A stretch of DNA of 64,000 bases. Source: Nannocystis bainbridge (GTDB taxonomy: Bacteria; Myxococcota_A; Polyangia; Nannocystales; Nannocystaceae). Shown here one piece after another: positions 44,702-54,716 of this stretch. Location: contig NZ_JAQNDL010000003.1 in NCBI RefSeq assembly GCF_028368995.1, positions 2,272,001-2,336,000 on the forward strand, in the 5' to 3' direction. Numbering within the stretch: the stretch's first letter is position 1; every line of letters starts with the position of its first letter. The position numbers and the translations under genes are program-made. Below the pieces are notes generated by a model. The model saw only the letters and a program-made list of their open reading frames with translations. It had not been told where the DNA came from and ran no database searches.

Positions 44702-45562
44702 TCACCAGCCGTGGGCCGCGAACAGCCCCGGACCCTGGACCGACACCACCTCGCGACGCTGCTCGTCGCGGTGGCAGTGGGCCGCGCAGCCGCAGGCGTC
44801 GAGGCGCATGCCGTGACGCTCGGCCAGGCCCTTGAGGCCCTCGACCATCCCGACGGTCGCCTGCGCCGTCAGGCGCCAGCCGGTGCTCGTCGGGGTCGCG
44901 TCGCGGCTCTGCGCGGCCGGGGGCACGCCGTAGCGGCGCAGCACCGAGCCCATGGTGTCGGCGTCGAGCACGCCCGAGAGCGCCTGGATGCGGGCGGGGG
45001 TCAGGCGGCCCGGCACGAAGTGGAGATCGCGCAGTTCGGCGGCGGCGATGTGGCGGAGCAGCGGCTCGAAGTCCGGGCCCAGCGGGCGGTCGTGGAGGCC
45101 CGCCATCAGCGGCCCCAGGTGGACCGAGACCGGCACGCCGAGGCGACGCAGGTACTGGGCCTGGAGCAAGAGAGCCGGCGCAGCTTCCGCGTCGGCGCCC
45201 AGCAGAGCGCGCTGAACCTCCACCTTTTGGTGCGCGATCTCGTACGCCACCGACGCCTGGCAGTCCTTGGCCCGCAGGACCAGCGAGCGGGCCAGGGTGG
45301 CCGGGCTGCGGAGGATCACCCGCCGCCCGTGGGCCGTCAGCCAGCGCAGCGCCGGCTCGGCCCAGCTGGCGTCCTCGCGCCTGGCCAGGCGCAGGGTCAC
45401 CACCGTCACGCGCTCGCCACGCGCCTCGAACTCGCCGAGCAGACCGGCCAGAGCCAGCTCCGGCGAGGCCGAGGGAACCGGAGCACCGGCACGGCTGCCG
45501 AGGATCACGTGCAGGCCGGTGCAGGACGACAGGACTTGCAGGGTGGTGAATCCGGAACTCAT
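44702..45562 (-). CDS. Hypothetical protein, weak resemblance to SplB-like radical SAM barrels but no CxxxCxxC
   Basis: LRRLGVPVSVHLGPLMAGLHD segment; C-terminal CGCAAHC and QGPGLF. Confidence 0.5.
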   Translation of the reverse strand: MSSGFTTLQVLSSCTGLHVILGSRAGAPVPSASPELALAGLLGEFEARGERVTVVTLRLARREDASWAEPALRWLTAHGRRVILRSPATLARSLVLRAKDCQASVAYEIAHQKVEVQRALLGADAEAAPALLLQAQYLRRLGVPVSVHLGPLMAGLHDRPLGPDFEPLLRHIAAAELRDLHFVPGRLTPARIQALSGVLDADTMGSVLRRYGVPPAAQSRDATPTSTGWRLTAQATVGMVEGLKGLAERHGMRLDACGCAAHCHRDEQRREVVSVQGPGLFAAHGW

Positions 45563-45847
45563 GGTCAGCTTGCTCGCTTGTTCAGTAAAGTGCGCCCGAC
45601 AAGCAGTGGGGTCAATGCAGCGCGTGATCTGGTTCAGATCAAGCGAGCGATATTTCCCAGCCGACTTCCAAGTATTTCACCCCCATCCAGAGCGATTCCG
45701 CCCCGCTTTGCGCGGCAACGAACCTCGGCCCCCCCGACGCGAGGCCGATCCGCTCCGTGCACGCGAGTCTCGAGACCCCGAGCGCCCGCAACAGTTCAGC
45801 GGGCCTCCCGACAGCCCGCTGCGATCAACACCAGCGAGGCGCCGGGC

Positions 45848-46459
45848 TCACTGGCAGACCAGCTCCGGCTCCTCGTCGCACAGCATCTGCAGGCTCTCGA
45901 GCCCGGGCAGGTACGCCGAGTCCTTGCACACGCAGACCTTCTGGCAGCACAGCTCGTCGGACACGAGCACCGTGCTGCAGGTGGCCCCCGTCATGCAGCC
46001 GGGGATCGGCGGGCAATCCGCCACCGCCTCGCAGCCCTGCGTACAGCGCTGGCCCTCCGCGAGCATCGCCTTCGAGACGGAGCAGATCCCCCCATCACAC
46101 GGCGCATCGGCGCCGCAGTCGGGGTCGGCTTCACACTGGTAGGCCTTGTCGATGACCAGCAGGCAGATCCCGCCATCACACGCCGGCTGGGGGCTGATCG
46201 CGGTGAAGTTGATGATGGGGCGACTGCCGACCAGCTCACAGACCGAGCCATAGGCGCCGCCCGGTAGCCCCGTCGTGTCGCCCGGGGCGGTCGTGGTGCT
46301 CGCGCCCTCGTCGGGCCCGGTCGTCGTGGCCACCGGCTCGCCGCTCGCGCCGCTGTCCGTGGTGGTGATCGTCGCGCCGACGAACTCCGGGGTCAGCGGG
46401 CAGCCCGCCACGATCAGCGCGACCGTGACGAGCAGCGAGCGGGTCAGGACGCGTGCCAT
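45848..46459 (-). CDS. Cys-rich lipoprotein
   Basis: MARVLTRSLLVTVALIVAGC lipobox; Thr-rich linker; Cys-rich C-terminus. Confidence 0.75.
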   Translation of the reverse strand: MARVLTRSLLVTVALIVAGCPLTPEFVGATITTTDSGASGEPVATTTGPDEGASTTTAPGDTTGLPGGAYGSVCELVGSRPIINFTAISPQPACDGGICLLVIDKAYQCEADPDCGADAPCDGGICSVSKAMLAEGQRCTQGCEAVADCPPIPGCMTGATCSTVLVSDELCCQKVCVCKDSAYLPGLESLQMLCDEEPELVCQ

Positions 46460-46701
46460 CGGTGCCCGCAGCATCCCCGGCCCGGAGCCGATCCGTCCGA
46501 AAAAATGGCCCTTTGAACCCCATGCCCGCCTCGCCAAAAAGCGCATCCAGCGCTCCGCCATCCAAACAGTCTCCACTCCGCGCCCTGAGCGCCGGCCCGT
46601 CACCCCTTTATTAAACCGCCTCGCGTTCGCGCGAGTTCGCGCAAGAGCGGCTTTCCACCATCTCGGGCCCCCCGTGTGGTAGAGGGGCGCAGCAGCACGC
46701 G

Positions 46702-48039
46702 ATGCCCGAAGCGAAGGCAAGCAGCCCCTCCGTCCCGACGCCGCGCCTTCAAGGGGCCATCTCCATCCGTGACGTCGACCCGGACGCGCTCAAGGTCGTC
46801 CGTAAGTTGGTCGCCGGGGGCCACGAGGCCTATCTCGTGGGCGGTTGTGTCCGCGACCTGTTCCTGAAGCGGCGCCCCAAGGACTTCGACGTGGCCACCA
46901 GCGCCACTCCGGAGGCCATCCGCAAGGCGTTCCGCAACTGTCGCATCATCGGCCGCCGGTTCAAGCTCGCGCACGTGTTCTTCGGCCCGAAGATCATCGA
47001 GACGAGCACCTTCCGCACCACGCCGATCACCGCCGAGGACGACCCGCTCATCACTCACGACAATGAGTGGGGCTCGGTCGAGGATGACGCGCGGCGGCGC
47101 GACTTCACCATCAACGGCCTCTTTTACGACACCGACGCCGACGCCATCGTCGACTTCGTCGACGGCCTGGCCGACCTCGAGCGCGGCGTCATCCGCACGA
47201 TCGGCGACCCGCTGCTGCGCTTCCAGGAGGATCCTGTGCGCATGCTGCGGGCGGTCAAGTTCGCCGCGCGGCTCGACTTCACCATCGAGGAGGCCACCTG
47301 GCGGGCCTTGCTCGACACCGTCGGTCACATCGGCAAGTGCTCGCGCGCTCGCGTGCTCGAGGAGATCTACAAGCTCCTGCGCGGCGGCGCGGCGCGGCGC
47401 AGCTTCGAGCTGTTGCTCGAGGCGCGGCTGATGACCGAGCTCATGCCGAGCTACGTCGACCTCTACCGCAAGCTCAGCCCGAACGGCCTCGCCGGTCCGG
47501 CCAGCAAGACCCGCGCGGGCGAGCCCTCGCGCGTCATGTGGAACCTGCTCGAGGCGCTCGACGAGTACACCAGCGCCACCAGCCAGATCGCCAGCAACGG
47601 CGTGCTCCTGGCCGTGCTGTTCGCCCCGCTGCTCGACGAGCAGTGGCACACCGCCAGCCGCCAGGGCCTCGACCGCCTGATCGACGACCTCATGGGCCCG
47701 GTGTGTGTCAGCCTCGGCGTCGCCCGCCGCGACCGCGAGCTCGCGCGGCAGATCCTCATGGCGCACCGGCGCATGGTCGAGTCGCTCAACCGCAAGAAGC
47801 GGCGGCCCTCGCTGGTCCAGCGCCAGTACTTCCACGAGGCGCTCGTGTTCCTCGGCCTCACCGTCAAGGCCCGCGGCGGCGACGGCAGCGAGCTCGGACA
47901 CTGGCAGCGGCTCGCCGCCGTCACCCAGCCGCTGCGCGTCGAGTCGGAGGGCGACTACGACAGCGGCCCGCGGCGCAAGCGGCGGCGGCGGACGCGGCCA
48001 GACGGTCGGCGTCACTCCGCCGAATCGGGCTCGCCGTGA
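46702..48039 (+). CDS. pcnB: Poly(A) polymerase I
   Basis: VGGCVRD, KDFDVAT, PAP signature IIGRRFKLAHV, RRDFTIN, EDPVRMLRA. Confidence 0.93.
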   Translation: MPEAKASSPSVPTPRLQGAISIRDVDPDALKVVRKLVAGGHEAYLVGGCVRDLFLKRRPKDFDVATSATPEAIRKAFRNCRIIGRRFKLAHVFFGPKIIETSTFRTTPITAEDDPLITHDNEWGSVEDDARRRDFTINGLFYDTDADAIVDFVDGLADLERGVIRTIGDPLLRFQEDPVRMLRAVKFAARLDFTIEEATWRALLDTVGHIGKCSRARVLEEIYKLLRGGAARRSFELLLEARLMTELMPSYVDLYRKLSPNGLAGPASKTRAGEPSRVMWNLLEALDEYTSATSQIASNGVLLAVLFAPLLDEQWHTASRQGLDRLIDDLMGPVCVSLGVARRDRELARQILMAHRRMVESLNRKKRRPSLVQRQYFHEALVFLGLTVKARGGDGSELGHWQRLAAVTQPLRVESEGDYDSGPRRKRRRRTRPDGRRHSAESGSP

Positions 48040-48890
48040 CGCGGCGCAGCAAGGGCCCCCTCGACCCCGAGGCCCTGCTGCGACTGGGCACCAGCGAGCA
48101 CTACGAAGACCCCGAGCTCTACGACTTCGAGTACCGGGACCACCGCCACGACGTCGCCTGGTACCGCGGCCTCGCCCGCGACCGCGGCCCGCGCCAGCGG
48201 GTCGTCGAGCTCGGCGCCGGCACCGGACGGATCAGCCTCCCGCTGTGTCACGACGGCCACGGCGTCGTCGCCGTCGACCGCATGCCCAGCATGCTCGACC
48301 ACCTGCGGCGCAAGGCCGCCGACCTCCCGAGCGACGTCGCCGCCCGCCTCGAACCTGTCCTCGGGGACATCACCGCGTTGCCGCTGCCCGACGCCAGCGC
48401 CGACCTCGTGTTCGCCCCCTTCAACGTGCTCATGCACCTCTATTCGTGGGAGGACCTGCTGCGCTGCTTCCGCGAGGCCGCGCGCGTGCTCGTGCCCGGC
48501 GGGCGGTTCGCCCTCGACGTCCTCCTGCCCGACCTCGAGTGGCTGACCTGGGACCCCGAGGAGCGCCACAGCGTCACCCACTTCACCCACCCGCGCACCG
48601 GCGCGCCGATGGTCTACTCGACCAATCACCGCTACGACCCGCACACCCAGGTGTGCCACGTCCGGATCTTCTACGACGACGCCCCCAAGCGCCCGCGCGC
48701 CTTCAAGCCGCCGCCCGAGCCGGTCCAGGTCGTCCACCTCGCCCACCGCCAGATCTTCCCCGAAGAGCTGCGCCACCTCGTCGCCGCCGCCGGCCTCGAG
48801 CTCGACAGCCTCGGCGGCAACTTCCGCGGCACCCGCCTCGTCCCCGGCGTCGACTCGCAGTGCGTCCTGTGTACCAAGAGACATGTCTGA
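48036..48890 (+). CDS. Class I SAM-dependent methyltransferase
   Basis: VELGAGTGR, AVD, GDITALP, LVPGGRF; GTG overlaps the pcnB stop. Confidence 0.9.
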   Translation: MTRRSKGPLDPEALLRLGTSEHYEDPELYDFEYRDHRHDVAWYRGLARDRGPRQRVVELGAGTGRISLPLCHDGHGVVAVDRMPSMLDHLRRKAADLPSDVAARLEPVLGDITALPLPDASADLVFAPFNVLMHLYSWEDLLRCFREAARVLVPGGRFALDVLLPDLEWLTWDPEERHSVTHFTHPRTGAPMVYSTNHRYDPHTQVCHVRIFYDDAPKRPRAFKPPPEPVQVVHLAHRQIFPEELRHLVAAAGLELDSLGGNFRGTRLVPGVDSQCVLCTKRHV

Positions 48891-49077
48891 AACGACATGC
48901 TCTTCGGGCCATCTCACTCGCTCGCGGCGCCCGTGAGCTCCAGGCTCGAGCTCCGTCCTCGCTCGCGCTCTCGGGCTCTCGGCTGCTGGCGCGCCGCCCG
49001 CCGAGCCTCGACTCGCTTTACGCGCCGGCCGATCGCTCTGGACCCTCCGCGCCTGCGCCCTCCGCGTCTGTGAGCCC

Positions 49078-49647
49078 ATGACTGCAGTCCGTCGCCTCTC
49101 CAACTTGCTCGGCGTCGACGACGCTCCGTTCGCGCGCGAGCATCGGGGCGACGTGGCGATCATCGGCACCATCTGCACCTCCGGCCGGCTCGACGGCGTC
49201 CTGCGCGGCAAGGTCCGGCGCGACGGTGCTGACGCCGCGCGGCGGATCGCCGCCATGCTCCTCGGCTCGCCGTTCGCCGAGGCGGTCCAGGCCGTCGTCC
49301 TGCAGGGCATCGCCCTCGCCGGCTTCAACGTCGTCGACCTCGACGCGCTGCACGAGGCGATCGCTCGCCCGATCCTCGTCGTCGCTCGCCGACCCCCCAA
49401 TCTCGCCAAGATCCGCGCAGCCCTGGAGCGGCTCCCCGGCGGCGCCCGCAAGTGGAACCTGATCCAGCGCGCTGGCGCGATGGAGCCGCTCGCCGGCGTA
49501 TGGTGTCAGCGCAAGGGCCTGAGCCCCGCCGAGGCTGCTCTCTTGCTCGAGCGCGGCCGCGTTCACGGGGCATTGCCCGAGCCGTTGCGGCTGGCTCACC
49601 TGATCGCCGGCGCATACGGGCGCGGGTACAGCAAGGGTCGGGCCTGA
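49078..49647 (+). CDS. DUF99-family (endonuclease V-like) protein
   Basis: LGVDDAPF, DGADA, GIALAGFNVVD, LPEPLRLAHLIA. Confidence 0.85.
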   Translation: MTAVRRLSNLLGVDDAPFAREHRGDVAIIGTICTSGRLDGVLRGKVRRDGADAARRIAAMLLGSPFAEAVQAVVLQGIALAGFNVVDLDALHEAIARPILVVARRPPNLAKIRAALERLPGGARKWNLIQRAGAMEPLAGVWCQRKGLSPAEAALLLERGRVHGALPEPLRLAHLIAGAYGRGYSKGRA

Positions 49648-49964
49648 ACGCCCCTTGCGGACCTGCCTGAAAAGACAGGTGCAAACATTCACTCCAGGAT
49701 CGTCCATAGGCCCTTTGAGCCCGGCGAATTCCTGCTCTGACGCATTTCATTCGCGACTGCCCGCGTGCTTGGCGACCGCAGCTCGGAGGCCGCCCGAGTC
49801 GTTGCAGCTCCCACGTTCCACGAAGCGCGATGCGTGGTCGGGGCTCGACTCGGCGACCACCCGAGCCGCGTGTGCGGCCTGACCTTGGCGACATGTCCGA
49901 CGAATCGTGCGCGCGGATCCATGCCCCTCGCAGTCGGCCCTGTCGCGATGCTAGCCTGATAAAC

Positions 49965-50411
49965 GTGCCGCCCAAGGTCATCTTCCTCGACATCGACGGC
50001 GTCATGAACAACCTCGGCACCCCAGGCGAGCCCGAGCGTCCGGGCCTCGGAGCGTGCTTCGATCCGCACAACGTCGCCGTGCTCAACCAGATCGTGCGGG
50101 CCACCGGCGCCGTCGTGGTGGTCTCGTCCTCGTGGCGACTGTCACTACCTCTCCACGAGCTGCGGGCCAGCTTCGCCGCCGCCGGCTGCGAGGCCCAGGT
50201 CGTCGGCATCACGCCCGACGTGGACGGCCCGCGCCGCGGTCGGGAGATCCGCGCCTGGCTGGACGCGCAGTCCGAGCCGCCGACCCGCTACGTCGCCATC
50301 GACGATCAGTTCGACATGCCCGAGCTCCCGGGTCATCTGGTCAAGACCAGCCGGTTCCACGGCCTCACCGCCCGCGAGCTCCCCCAGGTGCTCGCCCGGC
50401 TCGCCGACTGA
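49965..50411 (+). CDS. HAD-domain protein (RNA-repair-associated HAD type)
   Basis: FLDIDGV, VSSSWR, RGREIRAWL, YVAIDD, GLT. Confidence 0.8.
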   Translation: MPPKVIFLDIDGVMNNLGTPGEPERPGLGACFDPHNVAVLNQIVRATGAVVVVSSSWRLSLPLHELRASFAAAGCEAQVVGITPDVDGPRRGREIRAWLDAQSEPPTRYVAIDDQFDMPELPGHLVKTSRFHGLTARELPQVLARLAD

Positions 50412-50477
50412 GCAGCGCCGCGAAGTCGCGCCCTGGCCCGGCTGGTGCAGCGACCTTCGGCGCTCTATCCTCGGCCC

Positions 50478-50912
50478 GTGCTGCATTACCGCCAGGCCGA
50501 TCTCGCCGACATCCCGCGTCTACAGGTCATCCGCGCCGCCGTCCGCGAGAACATCCTCTCGAACCCCGCGCTTGTGACCGTCCCCGACTACGAGGAGCAC
50601 ATTCGCGGGCCCGGCCGCTCGTGGGTGGGCGAGGAGGACGGCGTCATCCTCGGCTTCTCCTCGGCGCACCCCGGGGGCCGATCGATCTGGGCCCTCTTCG
50701 TCGACCCTGCCCACGAGCGCCGCGGCATCGGCCGCGTGCTCCTCGACCACGCCGTCGCCTGGCTGTGGACCTTCTCAGAAGTCGACGCCGTGCAGCTCAC
50801 CACCGCCGTCGGCACCCGCGCCGACAATTTCTATCGCGCCGCCGGCTGGTCCGACACCGGCCGCTCCCGCAGCGGCGAGGTCATCTTCCGCCTGCCCCGC
50901 CCGGGCCGCTGA
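50478..50912 (+). CDS. GNAT-family acetyltransferase
   Basis: AVRENILS, IWALFVDPAHERRGIGRVLL, FYRAAGW. Confidence 0.9.
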   Translation: MLHYRQADLADIPRLQVIRAAVRENILSNPALVTVPDYEEHIRGPGRSWVGEEDGVILGFSSAHPGGRSIWALFVDPAHERRGIGRVLLDHAVAWLWTFSEVDAVQLTTAVGTRADNFYRAAGWSDTGRSRSGEVIFRLPRPGR

Positions 50913-50998
50913 ATGGACATAGCGAGGAGTTGACCGCCGAGCTCAGGGGCTGCCGCCGCGCCTCGGTCCACGCTGTCTCCGCGCCTCGTCCAGGTTTC

Positions 50999-51176
50999 GG
51001 TCTCAAGAGACATGTCCTTCGAGACATGTCTCTCGAACCATTTTCGAAACTGTCGCACTGTCCCGACACATGCGCGGCGCGCAGGCAGCCGTCGTCACCG
51101 CGGTCCCTGCTCTCTCCGCGCCTCGTTTAAAACCTGCCTCAAGGGGCATGTCCATCCAGACATGCCCCTTCGAACA
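50999..51176. repeat. Two phased 14-bp TG..CA arrays between convergent genes
   Basis: Three units at 50999-51040 and three at 51135-51176, each including one exact TGTC-N6-GACA. Confidence 0.85.
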
Positions 51177-51181
51177 TGCTT

Positions 51182-53683
51182 CTAGAGCGGCTTCGGCCCC
51201 GGGGCCCCGTCGAGCGCGTCGAGCAGCGAATCCCACTCCGCGTCCTCTGCTCCTGCCGCCGCCGGCGGTTCGACGCCCGGTCCTGGCGCTGCCGGTGCGG
51301 CCGCGGACACCACGGGCGGCGCCACGCTCGGCGCCTGCGCCACCGGCGGGGACAGCTTTCCTCCCGGCGGCATGAGCGGCGGCGCCACCAAGGGAGCGGC
51401 GGGGAAAGCCGGCGGCACCAGCGACCCGCCTGAAGCCGCCAGCGGCGCGCTGGCAGCCGAAGGCCGAGATCCCGGCAACGGCGCCCCGGCAGCGGGCCTC
51501 GGCGGCAGCAGCGGCGCCCCCGGAACCACCGGCACGGGCGGGGCCATCGACGCCCCCGCGAGCGGCGGCGCAGCGGGCCTCGACGCCGGCAACGTCGGCC
51601 CGCTCGCAGCCGGCGGGCTCTTCACCGGGACGGGCGGCAGCCCCAGCGGAGGCCGCCCGGCCGGGCTCCCGCCCACCGGCAGCCCCGCGACCGCCGGCGG
51701 CTTCGCCAGCGGCACCGAGAACGCCGGCGGCTTCACCCCTGCCGCGGCGACCGGCCCGGACGTCTCGGGCCGGCCGGCGATCGGCCCCGACTGCGCCGGC
51801 GCCCCGAGATGCCCGAACAACGCCCCCGCCGAAGGCGCTCCCGCCTTCGAGTCACTCGCGGCGCCCCTGTCCCGAGGGACATCCGCCCCGGCGACACCAG
51901 CCGTCAATCCGGCCCTGTCCCGAGGGACATCCGCCCCGGACAAACTACCCGTCAATCCGGCCCTGTCCCCAAGGACATCCGCCCCAGCGACACCAGCCGT
52001 CAATCCGGCCCTGTCCCCAAGGACATCCGGCCCAGCGACACCAGCCGCCGAACCGCCCCTGTCCCCAAGGACATCCGCCCCAGCGACACCAGCCGCCGAA
52101 CCGCCCCTGTCCCCAAGGACATCTGCCCCAGCGACACTCGCGTCCGGCCGCGCCTCGCCGACCCTGGAACCTGCCCCTTCGACCCTGTCCCCGAGGACAG
52201 CCACACTCGAACCAGCCGGAGCCGCCGCACGCCCCACGACCGTTTCGGCGCCGCCCTGCGGCTCACGAAGCGCCTCGCCGACCCCGCCCGCCCGCGCCAC
52301 CGGACCCCCGAGGCTCGCCGCCGGCGCCTCCACCCGCGCCGTCACACTCGTCTTCCCCGACCTGTCCGAAGAGACAGACCCGAGCTCCGGCTTGCCCGCC
52401 TGCCGCGTCGCGCTGCGCGGCGGCGTGCTCGTCACTCGCGCCGTCCCTCGCCGCTCGGCCTTCGCCGCGCGCCTGGCCGCCCGCCGCTCCTCCCGGCGGA
52501 CGTTTCGCTTCCCGCGCGGCTGCTCCGCCTCGCGCCCGTCCGGCCGCTCCGCCTCGTCCTCCGCCGCGCCGACCGGCAGCGCCAGCATCACCCCGCCCGC
52601 GACCGCCGGCTCGCCCCGCGACGGCGCCGCGACAGCCGCCTCACCGGGCTCGATCGGCCGCGGCGCGCTCGCGACCTTCGCCGCCGCCTGTCCATTCGGA
52701 CCTGCCCCCGAAGACATGTCCTTCGCGCCATCCGAGCGCCTCGCGGCCTGTCCCTTCAGACCTGCCCCGGAGGACATGTCCTTCACGACATCCTTGCGCT
52801 CGCCCGCCCGCGCCTCGAGCTTGCGGGCCCGCTTCTCGCTCGCCTTGACCGCCGGCCGCAGCATCCGCCGCGCCCGCTCGACCAGCGCCTCCGCCAGCCT
52901 GTCCGGCCCGGCCTCGAGCCCCGCCTCGGCCCCGCGCAGGGCCGACAGCGCCGGCTCCGAGGCCCCCGCGCGTTGCTCGAGCAGCGCCCGCGTCGCCAGC
53001 ACCCGCGGCGTCGCCCCCAGCGCCGCCTGGGCCGTGTCGAGCAGCGCCCGCACCTCGTCCGCGCGCGGCTTGCCGGCCAGCAGCTGCGCCGCGGCCAGGT
53101 GCAGCTGATCCCACGGCCCGAGCGCCTGGCGCTTCGCCTGCGCCTGCAGCAGGTCGCGCGCCTGCTCCGGCACGTCGGCGATCAGCAGCGCGTGCGCCTG
53201 CGCCGACACGATCCCCGCCGGCGGGTCGGCCATCGTCCCGGCCAGCCGCGCCGCCTCCGTCAGCGCTTTGGCCGACGCCCGCCCCTCGCCGCGCACCAGG
53301 TGCAGCCGGCCCTCCTGCATCGCCGTCCACGCGAACGGAGCGAACCACCGCACCCGCCGGCGCTCGCGCAGCGCGCCGAGCAGCCCTGGCGCCGTGCTCG
53401 GCGTCGCCGCCATCACCGCCCGCTCGAGCGGCCCGAGCAGCCCTTGCACGAACACCGGGAACAGCGCGAACCACAGCGCCGCCCCCGCCAGCAGCCCCCA
53501 GAACACCGGCCCGCGCGGCGCGAAGATCAGCCCCCCCGCGATGATCGCCATCGGCACGTAGATCCGCGCCGCCGCCGACGCGAGCGGCCGCTTCGAGCGG
53601 AGCCACGACGTGGCGGGCAGAGGAGCCCGCGCGGGCTCGGGCGGGGCGGCAGAGGTCGGGGCAAGATCGCTCACGGAGGCCAA
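51182..53683 (-). CDS. Hypothetical membrane protein with helical-repeat region and long low-complexity tail
   Basis: Two TM segments, Ala-rich helices, 16-aa repeats (GADVLGDRAG...), Pro-rich end. Confidence 0.65.
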   Translation of the reverse strand: MASVSDLAPTSAAPPEPARAPLPATSWLRSKRPLASAAARIYVPMAIIAGGLIFAPRGPVFWGLLAGAALWFALFPVFVQGLLGPLERAVMAATPSTAPGLLGALRERRRVRWFAPFAWTAMQEGRLHLVRGEGRASAKALTEAARLAGTMADPPAGIVSAQAHALLIADVPEQARDLLQAQAKRQALGPWDQLHLAAAQLLAGKPRADEVRALLDTAQAALGATPRVLATRALLEQRAGASEPALSALRGAEAGLEAGPDRLAEALVERARRMLRPAVKASEKRARKLEARAGERKDVVKDMSSGAGLKGQAARRSDGAKDMSSGAGPNGQAAAKVASAPRPIEPGEAAVAAPSRGEPAVAGGVMLALPVGAAEDEAERPDGREAEQPRGKRNVRREERRAARRAAKAERRGTARVTSTPPRSATRQAGKPELGSVSSDRSGKTSVTARVEAPAASLGGPVARAGGVGEALREPQGGAETVVGRAAAPAGSSVAVLGDRVEGAGSRVGEARPDASVAGADVLGDRGGSAAGVAGADVLGDRGGSAAGVAGPDVLGDRAGLTAGVAGADVLGDRAGLTGSLSGADVPRDRAGLTAGVAGADVPRDRGAASDSKAGAPSAGALFGHLGAPAQSGPIAGRPETSGPVAAAGVKPPAFSVPLAKPPAVAGLPVGGSPAGRPPLGLPPVPVKSPPAASGPTLPASRPAAPPLAGASMAPPVPVVPGAPLLPPRPAAGAPLPGSRPSAASAPLAASGGSLVPPAFPAAPLVAPPLMPPGGKLSPPVAQAPSVAPPVVSAAAPAAPGPGVEPPAAAGAEDAEWDSLLDALDGAPGPKPL
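51864..52137. repeat. Six 48-bp tandem repeats, each carrying an exact TGTC-N6-GACA
   Basis: Motif starts at 51868, 51916, 51964, 52012, 52060, 52108. Confidence 0.95.
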
Positions 53684-54033
53684 TTCCAGGGCGAACTTGC
53701 CCCAACACCCCCGGCGTACGCAAGCGCGCGTGTACCGTCCGTTTGCGCCATCCCATCCCCACGGCCGCGACTTCGGCCCCTGCGCCCCTGGCCGTCACTC
53801 GCTCGCGCCCACCGCCCCTGCACGCGCGAGCCCCCGCGCTCGCGCCCCCGGGCCTCGATCACCCGCGATCCATCACGACCGACCGCCACGCAGCGCCGCT
53901 CCACCGCCTCATGCCTCCCGCAGGGCCGCGGCCACACTCCTCACATTCTCGCTCTACCCACAATCCATCGTCCCGATCACCACTCTCGATTTCACGACAG
54001 CGAGCATTCGCCACGCTATCGGCCCGCGCCGAA

Positions 54034-54471
54034 TCACGGCGGCAAGCAAACCTCGCGCTTCTCGCTCCCGCCGCCCGACGAGCGACACACCGTGTTCGGG
54101 CCCGCGTGCATGAAGCAATACGCCATCGGCTCCGCGCCGAGGCGCGCGTCCTCCTCGCAGCTGATCCAGCACCGCTTCGACGTGTCGTTCGCCAGCGGCG
54201 TACAGACGTACGCCACCGCGAGCATGCACTCGCCCTCGACCGCGCAACAATCCGCGTCCGTCTCGCACGTGTGTGTGCAATAGCCGTAATCGAATTGGTC
54301 CTCGCAGAAGACCGTCCCGAGCTGCGAATGATCGAGCTCCGGGTAACAGTCCGCCGCCTCCGAGCACAGCGCCCCGGTCGGTTGTTCCATCGGCGGCGGC
54401 TCCTCGCAGGCGAACCCGAGGATCGCCGCCGTCAGCGTGCTCATGACCCATCGTAGTTTCGCGCTGCGCAT
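54034..54471 (-). CDS. Small Cys-rich lipoprotein
   Basis: LGFAC lipobox; GYCTHTCETDADCC. Confidence 0.7.
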   Translation of the reverse strand: MRSAKLRWVMSTLTAAILGFACEEPPPMEQPTGALCSEAADCYPELDHSQLGTVFCEDQFDYGYCTHTCETDADCCAVEGECMLAVAYVCTPLANDTSKRCWISCEEDARLGAEPMAYCFMHAGPNTVCRSSGGGSEKREVCLPP

Positions 54472-54716
54472 GCAGAAAACCCTGGGCAGGCTCGCCCGCC
54501 GTGCCAGGCCGCATCCGCGGACATTCCCGCCCCCGTCGCCCCGAGCGGCCGACGTGCCCGCAATCACCAGCGGCCTCATGCGATTTCGTCCGCCCCCACG
54601 GCCTCGCGCGGCGCTCCCGCGGATGTCGACGTCGTCATGAAAGAACGCTCGCATCGCGGGCAGTGTCGCCTCGATCCCCCGCGCCGCTGCCTTCGAGCGC
54701 GCGGTACCTTCGCCGC

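Noticed and set aside
51864-52137. CRISPR or non-coding array
   Set aside because: The whole 48-bp unit repeats in frame inside an ORF; there are no unique spacers.
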